Assembly (NCBI GenBank): GCA_963716175.1 | Contig: OY970296.1 | Coordinates: 2,848,001 to 2,912,000, forward strand | DNA: 64,000 nucleotides | DNA from: an uncultured Armatimonadetes bacterium | GTDB lineage: Bacteria; Armatimonadota; Hebobacteria; Hebobacterales; Hebobacteraceae | Direction of reading: 5' to 3' | In this document: in pieces, positions 19,101-29,126 of the stretch | Numbering within the stretch: position 1 is the stretch's first letter | How the letters are laid out: every line of letters starts with the position of its first letter | Translations under genes and position numbers: made by a program | The notes under the pieces: generated by a model | The model's database searches: none | What the model saw: only the letters and a program-made list of their open reading frames with translations | What the model was told of the DNA's origin: nothing

Positions 19101-20095
19101 GGCTGGTGTCGGTGACCTCGGCCGGGGGCACGGACAGCTATCTGTACAACGCTCTGGGGCAGCGGATGCGCATGGCGCGGGGCAACGGGCTCACCTGGCG
19201 CTTCCAGTACAACGGGGAGCGGACCGTGGGGGAGACCAATGATGCCAATGTACCCCTGGTGTACCGGGCCACCGTGAACGGGAGCTACTATGCGCCCTCG
19301 CTGCGGAGCGCGACGGAGGGGAGTTGGTGTCCGAACTCGCCGCTGGTGAGGTACCCGGCGTACGATGCGGGGGGGAACTTTGTAGAGCTGGTGGACCCGA
19401 ACGGGAATGCCTGCGACCGGCATGCCTTCGACGCCTTTGGGGTACTGACTTCCGACCCTTCGCCGCAGCTTTACTCCTGGGGCGGGGCCTGGGGGTACAT
19501 GGAGGAGCGCCCGGGGAACGGATTGGTGCAGCTGGGCGCGAGGTGGTACTGGCCGGAGATCGGCCGGTTCCTGGAGCAGGACCCGGACGGGGATGGGGTC
19601 AACTGGTACGCCTACGCCGACAACAACCCCCTGACCGGGATTGACCCGGAGGGCCAGCAAATATACGCGCCCTGGAATCCCGAGTCCACTTGGTACCACG
19701 TCTTCAGTAACGACGAGGGGGCTTGGTCCGAATTCCCGAAGGGCGCAGCGGCGGCTGCCGACTTCGCATATCCCTTCGGCGATCCCTTCGCTGCCAGAGG
19801 GGTCTACAATCCGTGTGAGCAATGGGTGCCCGGCACGCGAATCATGACGGGCATTGCTATCGCAGCGGCAGGTTCGGCGGCTGCGATTGCGGGGGCAGAG
19901 GCTGCGGGCGTTCTCAGATTTCCAGAACACGTTGGCGGCTTTGAATTGAACCTTGGTAGAAACCTGCGGATCGGATGGCACCGTTTGCCCACCAAAGGAA
20001 GCTGGCGGGTAGCTTGGGCGCGGGGTAGAAGCCTGCTCCATGCGCATTTGAGAGCGTTTGGTCGGGGCATCGGCAGACACTGGCCATGGCAATAG
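16148..20095 (+). CDS. RHS/YD-repeat polymorphic toxin with Sec signal peptide
   Basis: Signal peptide, many YxYD..G repeats, core RWYWPEIGRFLEQDP...YADNNPLTGIDPEG, ~145-aa C-terminal tip; GGAGG RBS. Confidence 0.92.
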   Translation: MLSGHVWRRAVPWVMAALLVGGAMPLFAWPSGRPTNPTGGPGPARSCGASNPGLAGGDECGGKPVDSINTYTGNLTISDMPVWYYSVGDAIPFVISFNSKSGRTGGPLGAKWTHSYDVRIVDESPNGAWVMEGNGWENYFWLNPDTGFYDSQQNVFDKLEAEGSGWKLTRPDQHKLHFDSTGKLTSIQDADGLTWTLAYSGSVLSTVTDPKNGQTTFAYTRARLTQVMMPGGIHADFTYDSSKRLSTAKDAAGHTYTFYYSGTDTKVASLRDPSDRLVRYYYNGGQVYYTEIVSPSGLAVHYDFYLPGIGPNPAGSGQLYVDITETKDGADRITRHIYENTDDPGNGRYFGTLLSVIKDVGGVAATQAYAYDSELRLVRYRDSYQPETGGKSHRHFFYYDDLDNPSLVTKYIDPQNSDASPSDTGTPSPTCPGWKFEYDNNGDGAHLGRLTKITHPEYPAARYTTFSYFSSTSRLYSVTVNDLDRNGLPYEHTTWFNWGPDYQLSYICDALGNETRIYYDSNGYLDYVDLPGGNVPPAKDRDFTADAAGNITAVTDGNGNTTSYQYDGLHRLLQITYPDVGSGQKTKTFTWNCCGLDLVTDENGVQTKYEYDQYTKRLWKVHEDYTALNYVTEYGYDEVGNLKTVKDARSKTTTYFYDGADRRYHADYPDSTHESWTYRDDGRVYSHTDARGRQTVYRYDADDRLWGPAGSGYVAINYPNDTDVSISRDADGLVTSFSDASGTTAISYYPSGWVKQVTNGYGRTVTYDYNDVGDAAKVWSQLSPERSYAYTYTSRNQTETVTDWTGALVSSFLYDNGGRLTRITRPGSYVAYEYNARDWVTRVNNHTTGGVQIHDVRYLYTWGSNPGHTGNPGLKLEYMPGVLHGYNTIYEHDALGRLTRDTKGLCCGATQYSENFTYDGVGNRLTRPMWGGTSVTYTYDNNNKLVSASGDGLSASFGYDSNGNVSSVSGSMFGNWSFTHNDENRLVSVTSAGGTDSYLYNALGQRMRMARGNGLTWRFQYNGERTVGETNDANVPLVYRATVNGSYYAPSLRSATEGSWCPNSPLVRYPAYDAGGNFVELVDPNGNACDRHAFDAFGVLTSDPSPQLYSWGGAWGYMEERPGNGLVQLGARWYWPEIGRFLEQDPDGDGVNWYAYADNNPLTGIDPEGQQIYAPWNPESTWYHVFSNDEGAWSEFPKGAAAAADFAYPFGDPFAARGVYNPCEQWVPGTRIMTGIAIAAAGSAAAIAGAEAAGVLRFPEHVGGFELNLGRNLRIGWHRLPTKGSWRVAWARGRSLLHAHLRAFGRGIGRHWPWQ

Positions 20096-20106
20096 TGGAG
20101 AGACGG

Positions 20107-20484
20107 ATGGCGGTCCAGTTCCCTCTATTCGTATACGAGCCGGGCGATCCCACATCACTCTATGTAGTCCAGTCGCTCGATGCTGCAGAACGCGGAGAGA
20201 TCGAGCAGCTCGATGTTGAACATGAGAACTTCGTGTTTTGGGACGCGACCGGCGTAAGAGTACGCGCTGCGGTGAGGCGTGCTGGCGACCACTGGCTGGA
20301 ACTGACGGCTACTGGGCCGGAGGACATGCCGGGCTTGCGCCGAGCGATCGTGGATTATGCTCTGAGTGTTGGAGTCCCGCCCGAGGATGTGTTGGCATTA
20401 GCCCCCTCAGATGCGGTGAACAAGCTAGAGGAGGCCGCAGCACGGCGCGGTGGTCCGCGCCGTTGGTACCAGTTCTGGCGCTAA
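20107..20484 (+). CDS. Putative cognate immunity protein
   Basis: Small acidic ORF directly after the RHS stop, GGAGA RBS. Confidence 0.65.
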   Translation: MAVQFPLFVYEPGDPTSLYVVQSLDAAERGEIEQLDVEHENFVFWDATGVRVRAAVRRAGDHWLELTATGPEDMPGLRRAIVDYALSVGVPPEDVLALAPSDAVNKLEEAAARRGGPRRWYQFWR

Positions 20485-20571
20485 GCGCTGATACACCAGA
20501 TCGCCGGGGCCTGCGGGTATCTGCGTGACCCCTCGGACCTGCTGTGGCGGTCAGCCGACTCTGAGACCGCC

Positions 20572-22063
20572 TGCAGTGGTTACTTCGCCGTAGAACCGCC
20601 CCAGCCTTGCTCTGACGGCATCCCATGGTGTATCGTGGGCACTCCATTTCCCTGGAGGGTGAACCCACGTGGAAGCAGCTGAAACTGCGGTCTGCCCGGT
20701 GATGAAGGCGGTGTTGTTGAGTGGTCGGTGGGCGGGCCGGAGCAGGCAGCTGGGCCTGGAGCAAGCGGCGAAGGCTTCGGGCGATGGGGCGGAGGTGTAG
20801 GCCGAGAACGCCATACTCCGGGACACCATCGAATTTCTGGTTGAGCGGCTTGCCCGTGCGGAGCGGCGCCTGAAGGCCGCCCACATCCGGAAGCCCTACT
20901 CCCTGGCAGAGCGGCTCCATATCCTGTGGTGTATCGAGTACTTCGGCATCTCCCGGCGGCAGATTCCCAAGTGCTTCGGCGTGGCGCGTTCCACGGTCTG
21001 GCGCTGGCTGCGACGGCTGCAGGATGGGATCGGCTTGTGCGGGCGGAAGTCTCAGGCTTCGGTGCGCCGGACGTCTGAGGCACTGGAGGGGCTGGTATGG
21101 GAGCTGGCATCGGCGAATCCTGGCTGGGGGCGGCGCCGTATCTCCTTGGTGCTGGGGACACTGGGCATCTTCCTGGCGGCGTCCACGGTGCGCAACATCT
21201 TGCTCCGTCCTCGACCGCGACCCGAAGGCACACCCGCGGCGGCCGGAACGCCTGAAGAGAAGCAGCCGCGCCAGATCATCGCCCGCTATCCGAACCACGT
21301 GTGGAGCGTGGATCGCACTCGGGTGTGGTGCTGGCGCATCTGGCCCACCTGGGCGTTGGTGGCGATCGATCACTTCTCCCGAAAGGTCGTCGCCAGTTGT
21401 CACCTGGAGGGCCCGAATGCCGACTGGGTGGTGGAGGCGCTGGAGGAGGCGTTTCTGCGTCATGGAGCGCCCAAGCACATCATCACCGATCAGGAAGGCG
21501 TGCTCACCTCCGAGGTGTTCCGTGACTTGCTCTGGCGATGGGAGGTGAAGCAGCGATTCGGCGCAGTGGGCAGGCATGGCTCCATCGCGGTGACCGAACG
21601 GGTCATTCGGACATTGGAGTACGAGTGGTTGCGTCGCGTACCGGTGATCAAGGGGCTGGCTCACCTGGAGATCCTGCTGGCCGAGTTCGCCTGCTACTAC
21701 AACTCCTGGCGGCCGCACACGACCTTGGAGGGCGCGGTGCCAGAGCGTATCCACGCCGGAGAGCACTGGCAGAAGCCGGCGCGGACGGCGAAGGCCGTCC
21801 CCGCTCACACCGAGCGGCACTTCTCCCCCGAGACCCGCGTCACCGCATTCCGCCTCGCGGCCTAGCTGACTCCATAACCCCTGCCGTGGCACCGCGCTCG
21901 CCTTTGTCTCCGCAGCCCAGGAGCAGGGCCGCTATTGCGCACGGCTCCGTCCCCCAACCCAAGCTGAACAACGGTCTCACCTGGCGGACCATGGGACAGA
22001 CGCAGGACGCGAGGCCACCGCCGCAGAAGCCCGGAGCGGTACTACAGCAACGTGACCACTACA
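20572..22063 (+). mobile_element. IS481-like element, copy 2
   Basis: Left TGCAGTGGTTACTTCGCCGTAGAACCGC; right GCGGTACTACAGCAACGTGACCACTACA. Confidence 0.8.
20669..21865 (+). pseudogene. rve transposase with in-frame TAG at 20798
   Basis: Colinear with 10810-12009; a Gln codon has become TAG. Confidence 0.85.
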
Positions 22064-22167
22064 ACCGGTCCCGGATCATACGAAAGGCAGTCAGCTGGGA
22101 CCCGCCCAGCGCGGTCCTACGGGCCCTTGACATACGCACCAGGAACATCCCTTTCTGCCGCGGAACG

Positions 22168-23007
22168 TCATTCGGGTCTGGCGCTCCATCCGCAGATCAC
22201 GAAGTGGCCGAGTCCAGAGCTGTCGCGGACTGTCACATGCACTTTGCCAGACGCGGTTCTCGGGCTGTCAAAGGTCCCTTCTACGGGTGCCTGTGCGCTT
22301 CCGAATTTCCCCCTGTTGATGGCCAGTTCATCAGGAACTGAGAATACGGCTGACTCTTTCACCATATCCACCCCTCTTGGGGTGATCCACTCAGAGATCC
22401 CGGCGATACTTCTCACGGCTTTGCCGCCTTTGACCACTACAAAATGGATTGTCACGCCAGAGTAGAGTAGACTTCCGCTTCCGACCCAGCCTCCACTCAC
22501 AGGTGCTTCGGGGGCCATCGCTCTTGTTCTCCAAGAGTCGCGCTTTGTTGGCCCGGTCTCTGATCGAGCAGGGAGCGCAAGCCTTTCACCTGAACCAGGA
22601 TGGGCGATTATTGCCCTTTGATTCGCAGCGTCCCACTGCACTTGTGCGCCGAGGGCCTCACCGACAAATCGCAGGGGTACATAGGTCACTCCACTGCGCT
22701 CGATAGCCGGGCTGGACAGCATAGTCGGTGCATCGTTTATGAATGCTTGTTTTGCCCCTAAGTGTAGGCGTATCGATTTCCCCCTCAGAGCAAGAGTCAT
22801 GGAATTCTCCCTCGCGTTGAAGTCCACTTGCGCTCCCAGCCATTCCGCGATGTATCGTAAGGGTACAAGCGTGCTTCCGTGGAGCGTGATGGCTCTTACC
22901 GGTGGCGGTGTGGCACTAGCGCCCAGACTCGGGGTTAGGAACAGAGCCAATCCCAAGACAACGGGCCCGCTCAACCAGCTTGGCACTGTGGAAGAACCCA
23001 CCCGCAT
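22168..23007 (-). CDS. Secreted copper-amine-oxidase N-terminal (stalk) domain protein
   Basis: Signal peptide; TLVPLRYIAEWLGAQV and TYVPLRFVGEALGAQV. Confidence 0.85.
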   Translation of the reverse strand: MRVGSSTVPSWLSGPVVLGLALFLTPSLGASATPPPVRAITLHGSTLVPLRYIAEWLGAQVDFNARENSMTLALRGKSIRLHLGAKQAFINDAPTMLSSPAIERSGVTYVPLRFVGEALGAQVQWDAANQRAIIAHPGSGERLALPARSETGPTKRDSWRTRAMAPEAPVSGGWVGSGSLLYSGVTIHFVVVKGGKAVRSIAGISEWITPRGVDMVKESAVFSVPDELAINRGKFGSAQAPVEGTFDSPRTASGKVHVTVRDSSGLGHFVICGWSARPE

Positions 23008-23098
23008 TTCTCTTCCTCCTCATTAGTGTGGATTGTCTCGCCGGAAGGGGCCCCGCCTAGACGCGGACTGTGCCCCAAGCCCTGGCCGCCCTGGCTCG

Positions 23099-24643
23099 CT
23101 ACTGCAACCGCGCTTCCACCGCCAGGAACTGCCTGCCGCGGAAGCCTATTGCCCGGACCGCCTGCGGATCATCTTCCGCGAAGCGCAGTCGGCACGTGCC
23201 CAGGAAGCCGTCGTATGGCAGTGTGCTTTGCGAATCCACAACCAGGGACTCGCCGCTGCCCTGCATTACAACATACGCGACGTGACGGCTGTCCGGGCTG
23301 AAGACAGGCGATCTGAGGCCGTCGTGCCGTTGTCCCTCCTTGCCATCGACAACTAAGAACGACTTCCCGCCGGCCCGTGTTCCGTACCCAAGGTGCTGGC
23401 TATCGGGGCTGAACGCCACCTCGTAGATGCCGTCGTATGGCTGTCCTGCCGCGCCGTCCAGAACGATCTGCCACCTCCCGGAGCTCTTGGCTCCATATGC
23501 CAAGTGCTTGCTGTCCGGACTGAACACTGGTTTCCCGATGGCCTCGTATCGGGTCCCCTCTTTTCCGTCTGCGACCAACAGCATCTTCCCTCCGTCTTGC
23601 ACTGCCCAAGCCACACGCGAGCCGTCGGGGCTGAAAACCGGATCAGTATAGCCTTCGTAGCCCCTGCTTCCACTCACCCCATCCAAGATTGGAAACCACC
23701 TGCCTCGTCGGTATGCCGCATAGGCAACGTGCCTGGAGTCCGGGCTGAAGACGGGATCACTGACACCCTCGTGGCGGTCGCCCTCCTGTCCATTTACCAC
23801 CATGAACCGCTGTCCCCCCTGTACGGCCGCGTAGCCGACGCGTGCGCCGTCAGGGCTGATGACCGGCGCCCTCAGACCGGCATAGTGCTTGCCCTCGACG
23901 CCAGTCCCAGTTGCCACGAACCACTGGCCGCCTTCGACGACGGGATACGCCAAGCGACGTCCGTCCGGAGACAACACGGGAGCGCCCACCCCGTCGTACC
24001 CCTTGCCTTCTTGCCCGTTCATGACGATGAAACACTTGTCACCAGCCTTTGCTCGGTAGGCAAGACAGAGGCCATTCTGGCTGAACGCGAGAGAGCCGAC
24101 GGCGTCATACGGTGTCTGCTCCTGGCCGTCGCTGACCACCAGCATCTTGCCGCCTCTGGTCGCTCCGTAGCCCAAGTGCTTGCTGTCGGGGCTAAACACA
24201 GGGGCTGGCCCCACCACATCATAGGTGCTGCCGTCCCGCCCATCGCTCACCACTAGCATCTTCCCACCTCTCTCAACGGAAAACGCGAGATGGCGGTTAT
24301 CCGGGCTGCAAGCGTAGTAATACTCGACATCGAAGCGTGATTCGTCAATGGTCCGTGAGAGAGTCTGCGAGAGTACGGGCCCAAGGCTTGCCTGCTCTGG
24401 CGGAGCGCCAATGGTCAACCTGTGAGTACCTGACAGGGCGAGCGTGGGATTGGCAGTCTTGTCCACTGGGACCAGCTCGTCTCTGGTGCTCGCGATGGCC
24501 GTGATCATCCCGGTCTCGACTCGGCCGAGAAAAGACTCCTTCACATCGACGCGGCTGCTGCCTCCCGCTGGCAGACCCGAGAACAGCACAGGCAACAAAG
24601 CGACAGCGAGCATGGTACGCCGCAGGAACCGCCAGACCGTCAT
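23099..24643 (-). CDS. Secreted WD40/PD40-like beta-propeller repeat protein
   Basis: About ten ~38-aa repeats of PVFSPDSxHxAY; signal peptide. Confidence 0.85.
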   Translation of the reverse strand: MTVWRFLRRTMLAVALLPVLFSGLPAGGSSRVDVKESFLGRVETGMITAIASTRDELVPVDKTANPTLALSGTHRLTIGAPPEQASLGPVLSQTLSRTIDESRFDVEYYYACSPDNRHLAFSVERGGKMLVVSDGRDGSTYDVVGPAPVFSPDSKHLGYGATRGGKMLVVSDGQEQTPYDAVGSLAFSQNGLCLAYRAKAGDKCFIVMNGQEGKGYDGVGAPVLSPDGRRLAYPVVEGGQWFVATGTGVEGKHYAGLRAPVISPDGARVGYAAVQGGQRFMVVNGQEGDRHEGVSDPVFSPDSRHVAYAAYRRGRWFPILDGVSGSRGYEGYTDPVFSPDGSRVAWAVQDGGKMLLVADGKEGTRYEAIGKPVFSPDSKHLAYGAKSSGRWQIVLDGAAGQPYDGIYEVAFSPDSQHLGYGTRAGGKSFLVVDGKEGQRHDGLRSPVFSPDSRHVAYVVMQGSGESLVVDSQSTLPYDGFLGTCRLRFAEDDPQAVRAIGFRGRQFLAVEARLQ

Positions 24644-25207
24644 GGTGCAGCCCTCCCTTCCAGGCCTGTTTCCCTCCCGTCGCTCCGGAACTGCGCTGCC
24701 GAAGCCCTGCTGACCGGACGATATAGAGTGTTGTAGAGCGTCAGCGAAGGTGGGACAAAAGGGGGTGCTGGGTTAGCTACACCTCCGGCGTTCCAGCGCT
24801 GATGCTCTCGCATCTCCCCCTCCGCCTTCGGTAGCACTCCCGGCGCGCGACCAGGCTGCGGATCTACAATCCTTTCGCCGGGCTAGAATCTCCTCCCTTC
24901 TCCCAAACCAGACAGCGTCCGGGGTGACCCTGTGGAGCGCTTCGTGGTAGGGGTGCCGGCCTCTCTGCAGAGGCCTTCACACAGCCGCTTGTGCTCGTAA
25001 CATTGGTTCGCGGTGGACTCCGGACTTGAGCTCAGGCGCCCCAAAGGCGGTGCCACCGCTGTTTCGCAGGTGCAGTCTGTCTCACAGTCGCCGAAGACGT
25101 ACAGCAGCTGGTAGAATCATCCGTGCCCATGTTAAATGGCGGTGGGACACCGCTGACAGCCCCGTAGGCTTGTCTGCGAGCCTGAGACATTCTATCATAT
25201 AGGACCT

Positions 25208-26437
25208 TTGGGGCGGCGCCTTCGGGCGCCGTTCCCCTTTTTGGAGCGTGATGCTGTGGAGGTCTTGCGAACAGCCGCTGCCCTGATGGTTCGATCCCTG
25301 GTGTTGAGTGCCCAGTCTGCAGGCCACCAGCGGCTGCTCTGGCTCCAGCAGAGCGCCGCCGTGGGCGGAGACGTGGGTGAGGTGGCCCGGCTGCGGGATG
25401 AGAATCGCCAGCTGCAGTGGGAGAACCGCCTCCTCAAGGCACGCCACGCTGACGTTCCCTGCCGGAAGCGCTACTCTCCCCTGCAGCGGCTCCACATCCT
25501 ATGGCACATGGCCTACTACCGCATTCCCAGGAGCCGGGTGAAGGAGCACTTCCTGATTGCCAACTCGACTCTGTATCGCTGGCTGCATGCGGCCCAGGAG
25601 GGCGATCTGGGTGAGCGCAAGAGCAAGCTAGAGAGCCCCAGGAAGACGCCCGCCGAGCTCGCCCGGATGATCTGGGACGTTTTCGAAGCGGATCCGCACT
25701 TTGGCCGCAAGCGTATTGCCAACACCCTCTGGTTGCTGGGTGTGTTCGTGGCGGCCTCGACGGTCAGGAATGTGCTGCTGCAACCCAAGCCCAAGACCGC
25801 GCCGGCCGCGGCAAAGGCCCAGGAGGCGCCCGCCGTGCCCCGCCAGATTGTTGCCCGCTACCCGAACCACGTGTGGAGCGTGGACCGCACGCGGGTGCTC
25901 CGCTGGGGACTCTGGCCCACTTGGGTGCTGGTCGCCATTGATCACTTCTCCCGCGCGGTGATGGTCGTGGTGCCTCTGGAAGGACCTAACGCAGGCTGGG
26001 TAGTGGAGGCGATGGAGGAGGCCTTCGTCCAGCACGGAGCTCCTCGGCACCTCGTCAGCGACCAGGAGAAAGTCTTCATCTCCGAGGTGCTCGCTGACCT
26101 CCTCTATCAGTGGAATGTCAAGCACCGCCTCGGTGCGGTGGGCAAACGCGGTTCTATCGCGGTCACCGAGCGCGTCATCCTGACCCTGAAGTACGAATGG
26201 CTCAAGCGCGTTCCCGTCATCCGCGGACTCGATCACCTGGACCGATTATTGCGCGACTTCGCTCTCTACTACAACGACTGCCGCGGGCATACCACGCTGG
26301 GGGGCGCGGTCCCCACAGTGAGGTATCGGGGTGAGCGCTGGGATAAGCCGGAGAAGTCAGCCAAGAGACTGCCGACCAACCTGGAGCGCCGCCTCTTCCC
26401 CGATACTCAGATCACCGCCTACCGACTCGCGGCCTGA
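25208..26437 (+). CDS. rve transposase, IS481-like copy 3 (diverged; start uncertain)
   Basis: Same motifs as copy 1: HVWSVDRT, SDQE, TERVILTLK, ending YRLAA. Confidence 0.88.
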   Translation: MGRRLRAPFPFLERDAVEVLRTAAALMVRSLVLSAQSAGHQRLLWLQQSAAVGGDVGEVARLRDENRQLQWENRLLKARHADVPCRKRYSPLQRLHILWHMAYYRIPRSRVKEHFLIANSTLYRWLHAAQEGDLGERKSKLESPRKTPAELARMIWDVFEADPHFGRKRIANTLWLLGVFVAASTVRNVLLQPKPKTAPAAAKAQEAPAVPRQIVARYPNHVWSVDRTRVLRWGLWPTWVLVAIDHFSRAVMVVVPLEGPNAGWVVEAMEEAFVQHGAPRHLVSDQEKVFISEVLADLLYQWNVKHRLGAVGKRGSIAVTERVILTLKYEWLKRVPVIRGLDHLDRLLRDFALYYNDCRGHTTLGGAVPTVRYRGERWDKPEKSAKRLPTNLERRLFPDTQITAYRLAA

Positions 26438-27062
26438 GCTCTCTGCCGACCGCGGCCGGTGTCGCTTCGCCGTCGGACGTGCGCGCCTTCGCGGTCACTT
26501 GCCGTCCCACCGGATGCCGCGATGGCCCAGCCATGTCCCATCGTCGTGGTCACGCGCTCCGCCGCCCCGCCACCCCTGGGGGCCGGAGCCGGCCTGGGCT
26601 ATCCAAGTGGTGTCCCACGCCCACCTAACACCCACACAGTCTTGCATGCTCTGCCAGCGCTCGAACCACTCGAGCCAGTTCACCTGTGTATCTGCAGTCC
26701 CCATTGCCCCTAGTTCCTGCGTGCCTTACGGGGAATCCCGCGGGCGGGGCGATCATACCAGAAGCCAGGGAGGGCAGGCAATGTCACTGTCCGCGAACGC
26801 GCGCTGTCAGCGCTGGCAGAGATGTGCCATCCAGGCCTCACTCCCCGTCGTCTGGAGCTTGCCCGAGTGGAGCCAGCTGTGATGGTCAAACGGGGATGCC
26901 TAGTCCTTGGGTGCCTCGTGGGGGCAATACGGCCCGAGGATCGTTCGGCGTGTGCGCAGAAGAACACAGCCATAGATCCGGGGAATCACTCCATTGGCTT
27001 AGCAGGGCCTGGCCTGGGGGGCGGGAGTGGTTCTGCCCAGTGGGCGGTTCAAGGAGGCCGGC

Positions 27063-27545
27063 ATGGGAAGGCTGGAAGAGGCGGTTCGTTCTGAGATCCT
27101 GCGCTTGGTGAGGAGGGAGCTGCGAGGCGTGGTGCTCCCTCTTGGCAAGGAGGTACGCCAGCTGAAGCGGGGCCTGGGGCGGCTCACCAAGGGCGTTGCC
27201 AGGTTGGAGCGAGTGGTGGCGGCGCAAGTACGAGAGGCCGAGGCCAGGAAGGATCGTCTGGAGCTCTCTGAGGAGGAAGCAAGAAGGGCTCGGCTGTCGG
27301 GGCGTCTGATCCGGGCACTTCGCACCCGGTTGGGGATCACTCAAGGTCAGCTGGCTGTGCTTGTGGGGGTGAGCACGCGCGGGGTGACGCGGTGGGAACA
27401 GGGAGAGATCTCGCCGCGGGGTCAGAACCGGGCGACGCTGGTGGCACTGCGCAAGCTGGGCCGGCGCGATGTCAGGCGGATGCTGGCACAGAAGGCCGCG
27501 GCCCTACCCAGCAAGAGACGACCGCGCAGAGGCAAAGGCGGCTGA
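27063..27545 (+). CDS. XRE-family HTH protein with N-terminal coiled coil
   Basis: LRTRLGITQGQLAVLVGVS...RWEQGEISP; AGGAGG RBS. Confidence 0.85.
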   Translation: MGRLEEAVRSEILRLVRRELRGVVLPLGKEVRQLKRGLGRLTKGVARLERVVAAQVREAEARKDRLELSEEEARRARLSGRLIRALRTRLGITQGQLAVLVGVSTRGVTRWEQGEISPRGQNRATLVALRKLGRRDVRRMLAQKAAALPSKRRPRRGKGG

Positions 27546-27752
27546 GCACGCTGGGACAGGGGCTACCAGTGAGAGAAGAGCGGCCCCTGCGCCCCTGCGC
27601 GGCAAGGGCCGGTGGTCCGGCCTAACGGCGAAGGTGGGCACCCCGGGGAGGCCGGTCAAGACTGCGGTTCGGGACCCACGTTGTGCGGACAGGGCAGGCG
27701 CTGAGGAAGGCCCGACCGCCCGGGTCGTTCCAGGCGGTCGTGGAGGAGGCGA

Positions 27753-27779
27753 AGGGTTCACCCTGATTGAGCTGGTGGT
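27753..27779 (+). other. Orphan prepilin N-methylation motif (GFTLIELVV), candidate att site
   Basis: AGGGTTCACCCTGATTGAGCTG is identical in reverse complement to 40941-40962 and abuts the integrase stop codon. Confidence 0.5.
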
Positions 27780-28792
27780 CAGGCTATACCCGCGGGTGTG
27801 TCCGGACGATGGAGGGCATGGGAAACTTCCGTGGCGGTATCCGGCTGAGGCAGTGGCTCTGGTCGGCTCGGCTCTGTTCCCAGGAGCCCGTTCAGCTTCC
27901 CCACTGCCGCCTGCTTCGTCCGCGTGTCCGAGTGCAGGTACTTTGCGGTGGTTTCCAGCTCGGAATGCCCCAGTAGCTCCTGCACGGTGCGGATGTCCAC
28001 GCCGTTGCGGATGAGGTGGGTGGCGAAGGTGTGCCGCAGCTTGTGAGGCGTGATTCCTTGGCCGGCTAGGCCGGCCTTCTGGATCACGATCTTCAGCATG
28101 CGGTTGATGCAGCGGCCGTGAATGGGACGGCCTTGCCAGGCGCTCACGAACAGGTGTCGGCTCTGGGTCTTGGTGCGGTTGGGCAGGTAGGCCTGGATGG
28201 CTTCCACGGCCTGGTCGGTGAGCGGGACCACCCGCTCCTTGTCCCCCTTGCCCCGGATGAGGAGCTGGCGGTTCTCCAGGTCGATGTCGTCCAAGGTGAT
28301 GCCCACCGCCTCCGATCTGCGGATGCCGGTAGACAGCAACAGCACCACCGCGCACTTGGTCCAGGGCGAGTCGGCGGCCGCGATCAGTTGCTGGGCCATC
28401 TCCTCGCTCAGGAACACCGGCACGTACTCAGAGACCCGGGGCAGGGGGAGTCGCCGGGCGGGGTTGCCCTGGAGGTATCCCATGTCCTGCAGGAACCCGT
28501 AGAGGGAGGAGAGGCAGGCGTACTTGCGCCGCAGGGTGAGCGGGGCTGAGCCCTTCCGGCTGACCCCAAACTGGATGATCTGCTCCCGCCTGATCTCTGC
28601 CGGAGGGGGGACCCGGCCCAGTCGGCTCTCCAGGAACTCCCGGAACATGCGCAGATCCGCGGCGTAGCCGCGTACGGTCAAGGGGGAGTAGCTGCGGTAG
28701 TGAGTGAGGTAGTCCAGGAACTCCTTGACCGCCTGATCGTAGCTGATGGCGGCCGCAACTTCTTCAGGCTCTGCTGTTGGTGAGCTGGTCAT
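27779..28792 (-). CDS. XerC/D-like tyrosine recombinase/integrase
   Basis: TGIRRSE, GKGDKER, HKLRH, LGH, TTAKY; N-terminal SAM-like domain; GGAGG RBS. Confidence 0.93.
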   Translation of the reverse strand: MTSSPTAEPEEVAAAISYDQAVKEFLDYLTHYRSYSPLTVRGYAADLRMFREFLESRLGRVPPPAEIRREQIIQFGVSRKGSAPLTLRRKYACLSSLYGFLQDMGYLQGNPARRLPLPRVSEYVPVFLSEEMAQQLIAAADSPWTKCAVVLLLSTGIRRSEAVGITLDDIDLENRQLLIRGKGDKERVVPLTDQAVEAIQAYLPNRTKTQSRHLFVSAWQGRPIHGRCINRMLKIVIQKAGLAGQGITPHKLRHTFATHLIRNGVDIRTVQELLGHSELETTAKYLHSDTRTKQAAVGKLNGLLGTEPSRPEPLPQPDTATEVSHALHRPDTPAGIA

Positions 28793-29126
28793 ACTGACGC
28801 CTCCCATGGCGCGTGTGCTGGGTGATTCATCACTTGGAGGCCGCCAACAAGTCCAGGCCTTGAGTGGGCTCTTTTTCCCTGCTTATGTGACACTTTGCAG
28901 ACGAGGCCGAAGGGGCGAAAGAGCTCGCAAATCGCTGGCTTTTCTGGCTCTCGGAAGAGGCACGGCGAGCAAGCGCCAACAGGGGTAACGCGAGGCACCG
29001 GCCGGGTTCACCGGACACCTCGATGAGCGCCAGAAAAGCTAGCAATCATCGAGCTTTCTCAGGGATAGGGGAGGAGAGAGGAAAAGAGGTGGAGTGGGCC
29101 GATAAGCCGAGGTCGCGATTGACTGG

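Noticed and set aside
16817-20158. Long minus-strand ORFs within RHS, and similar antisense ORFs across the window
   Set aside because: Shadow ORFs caused by high-GC codon bias opposite well-supported genes.
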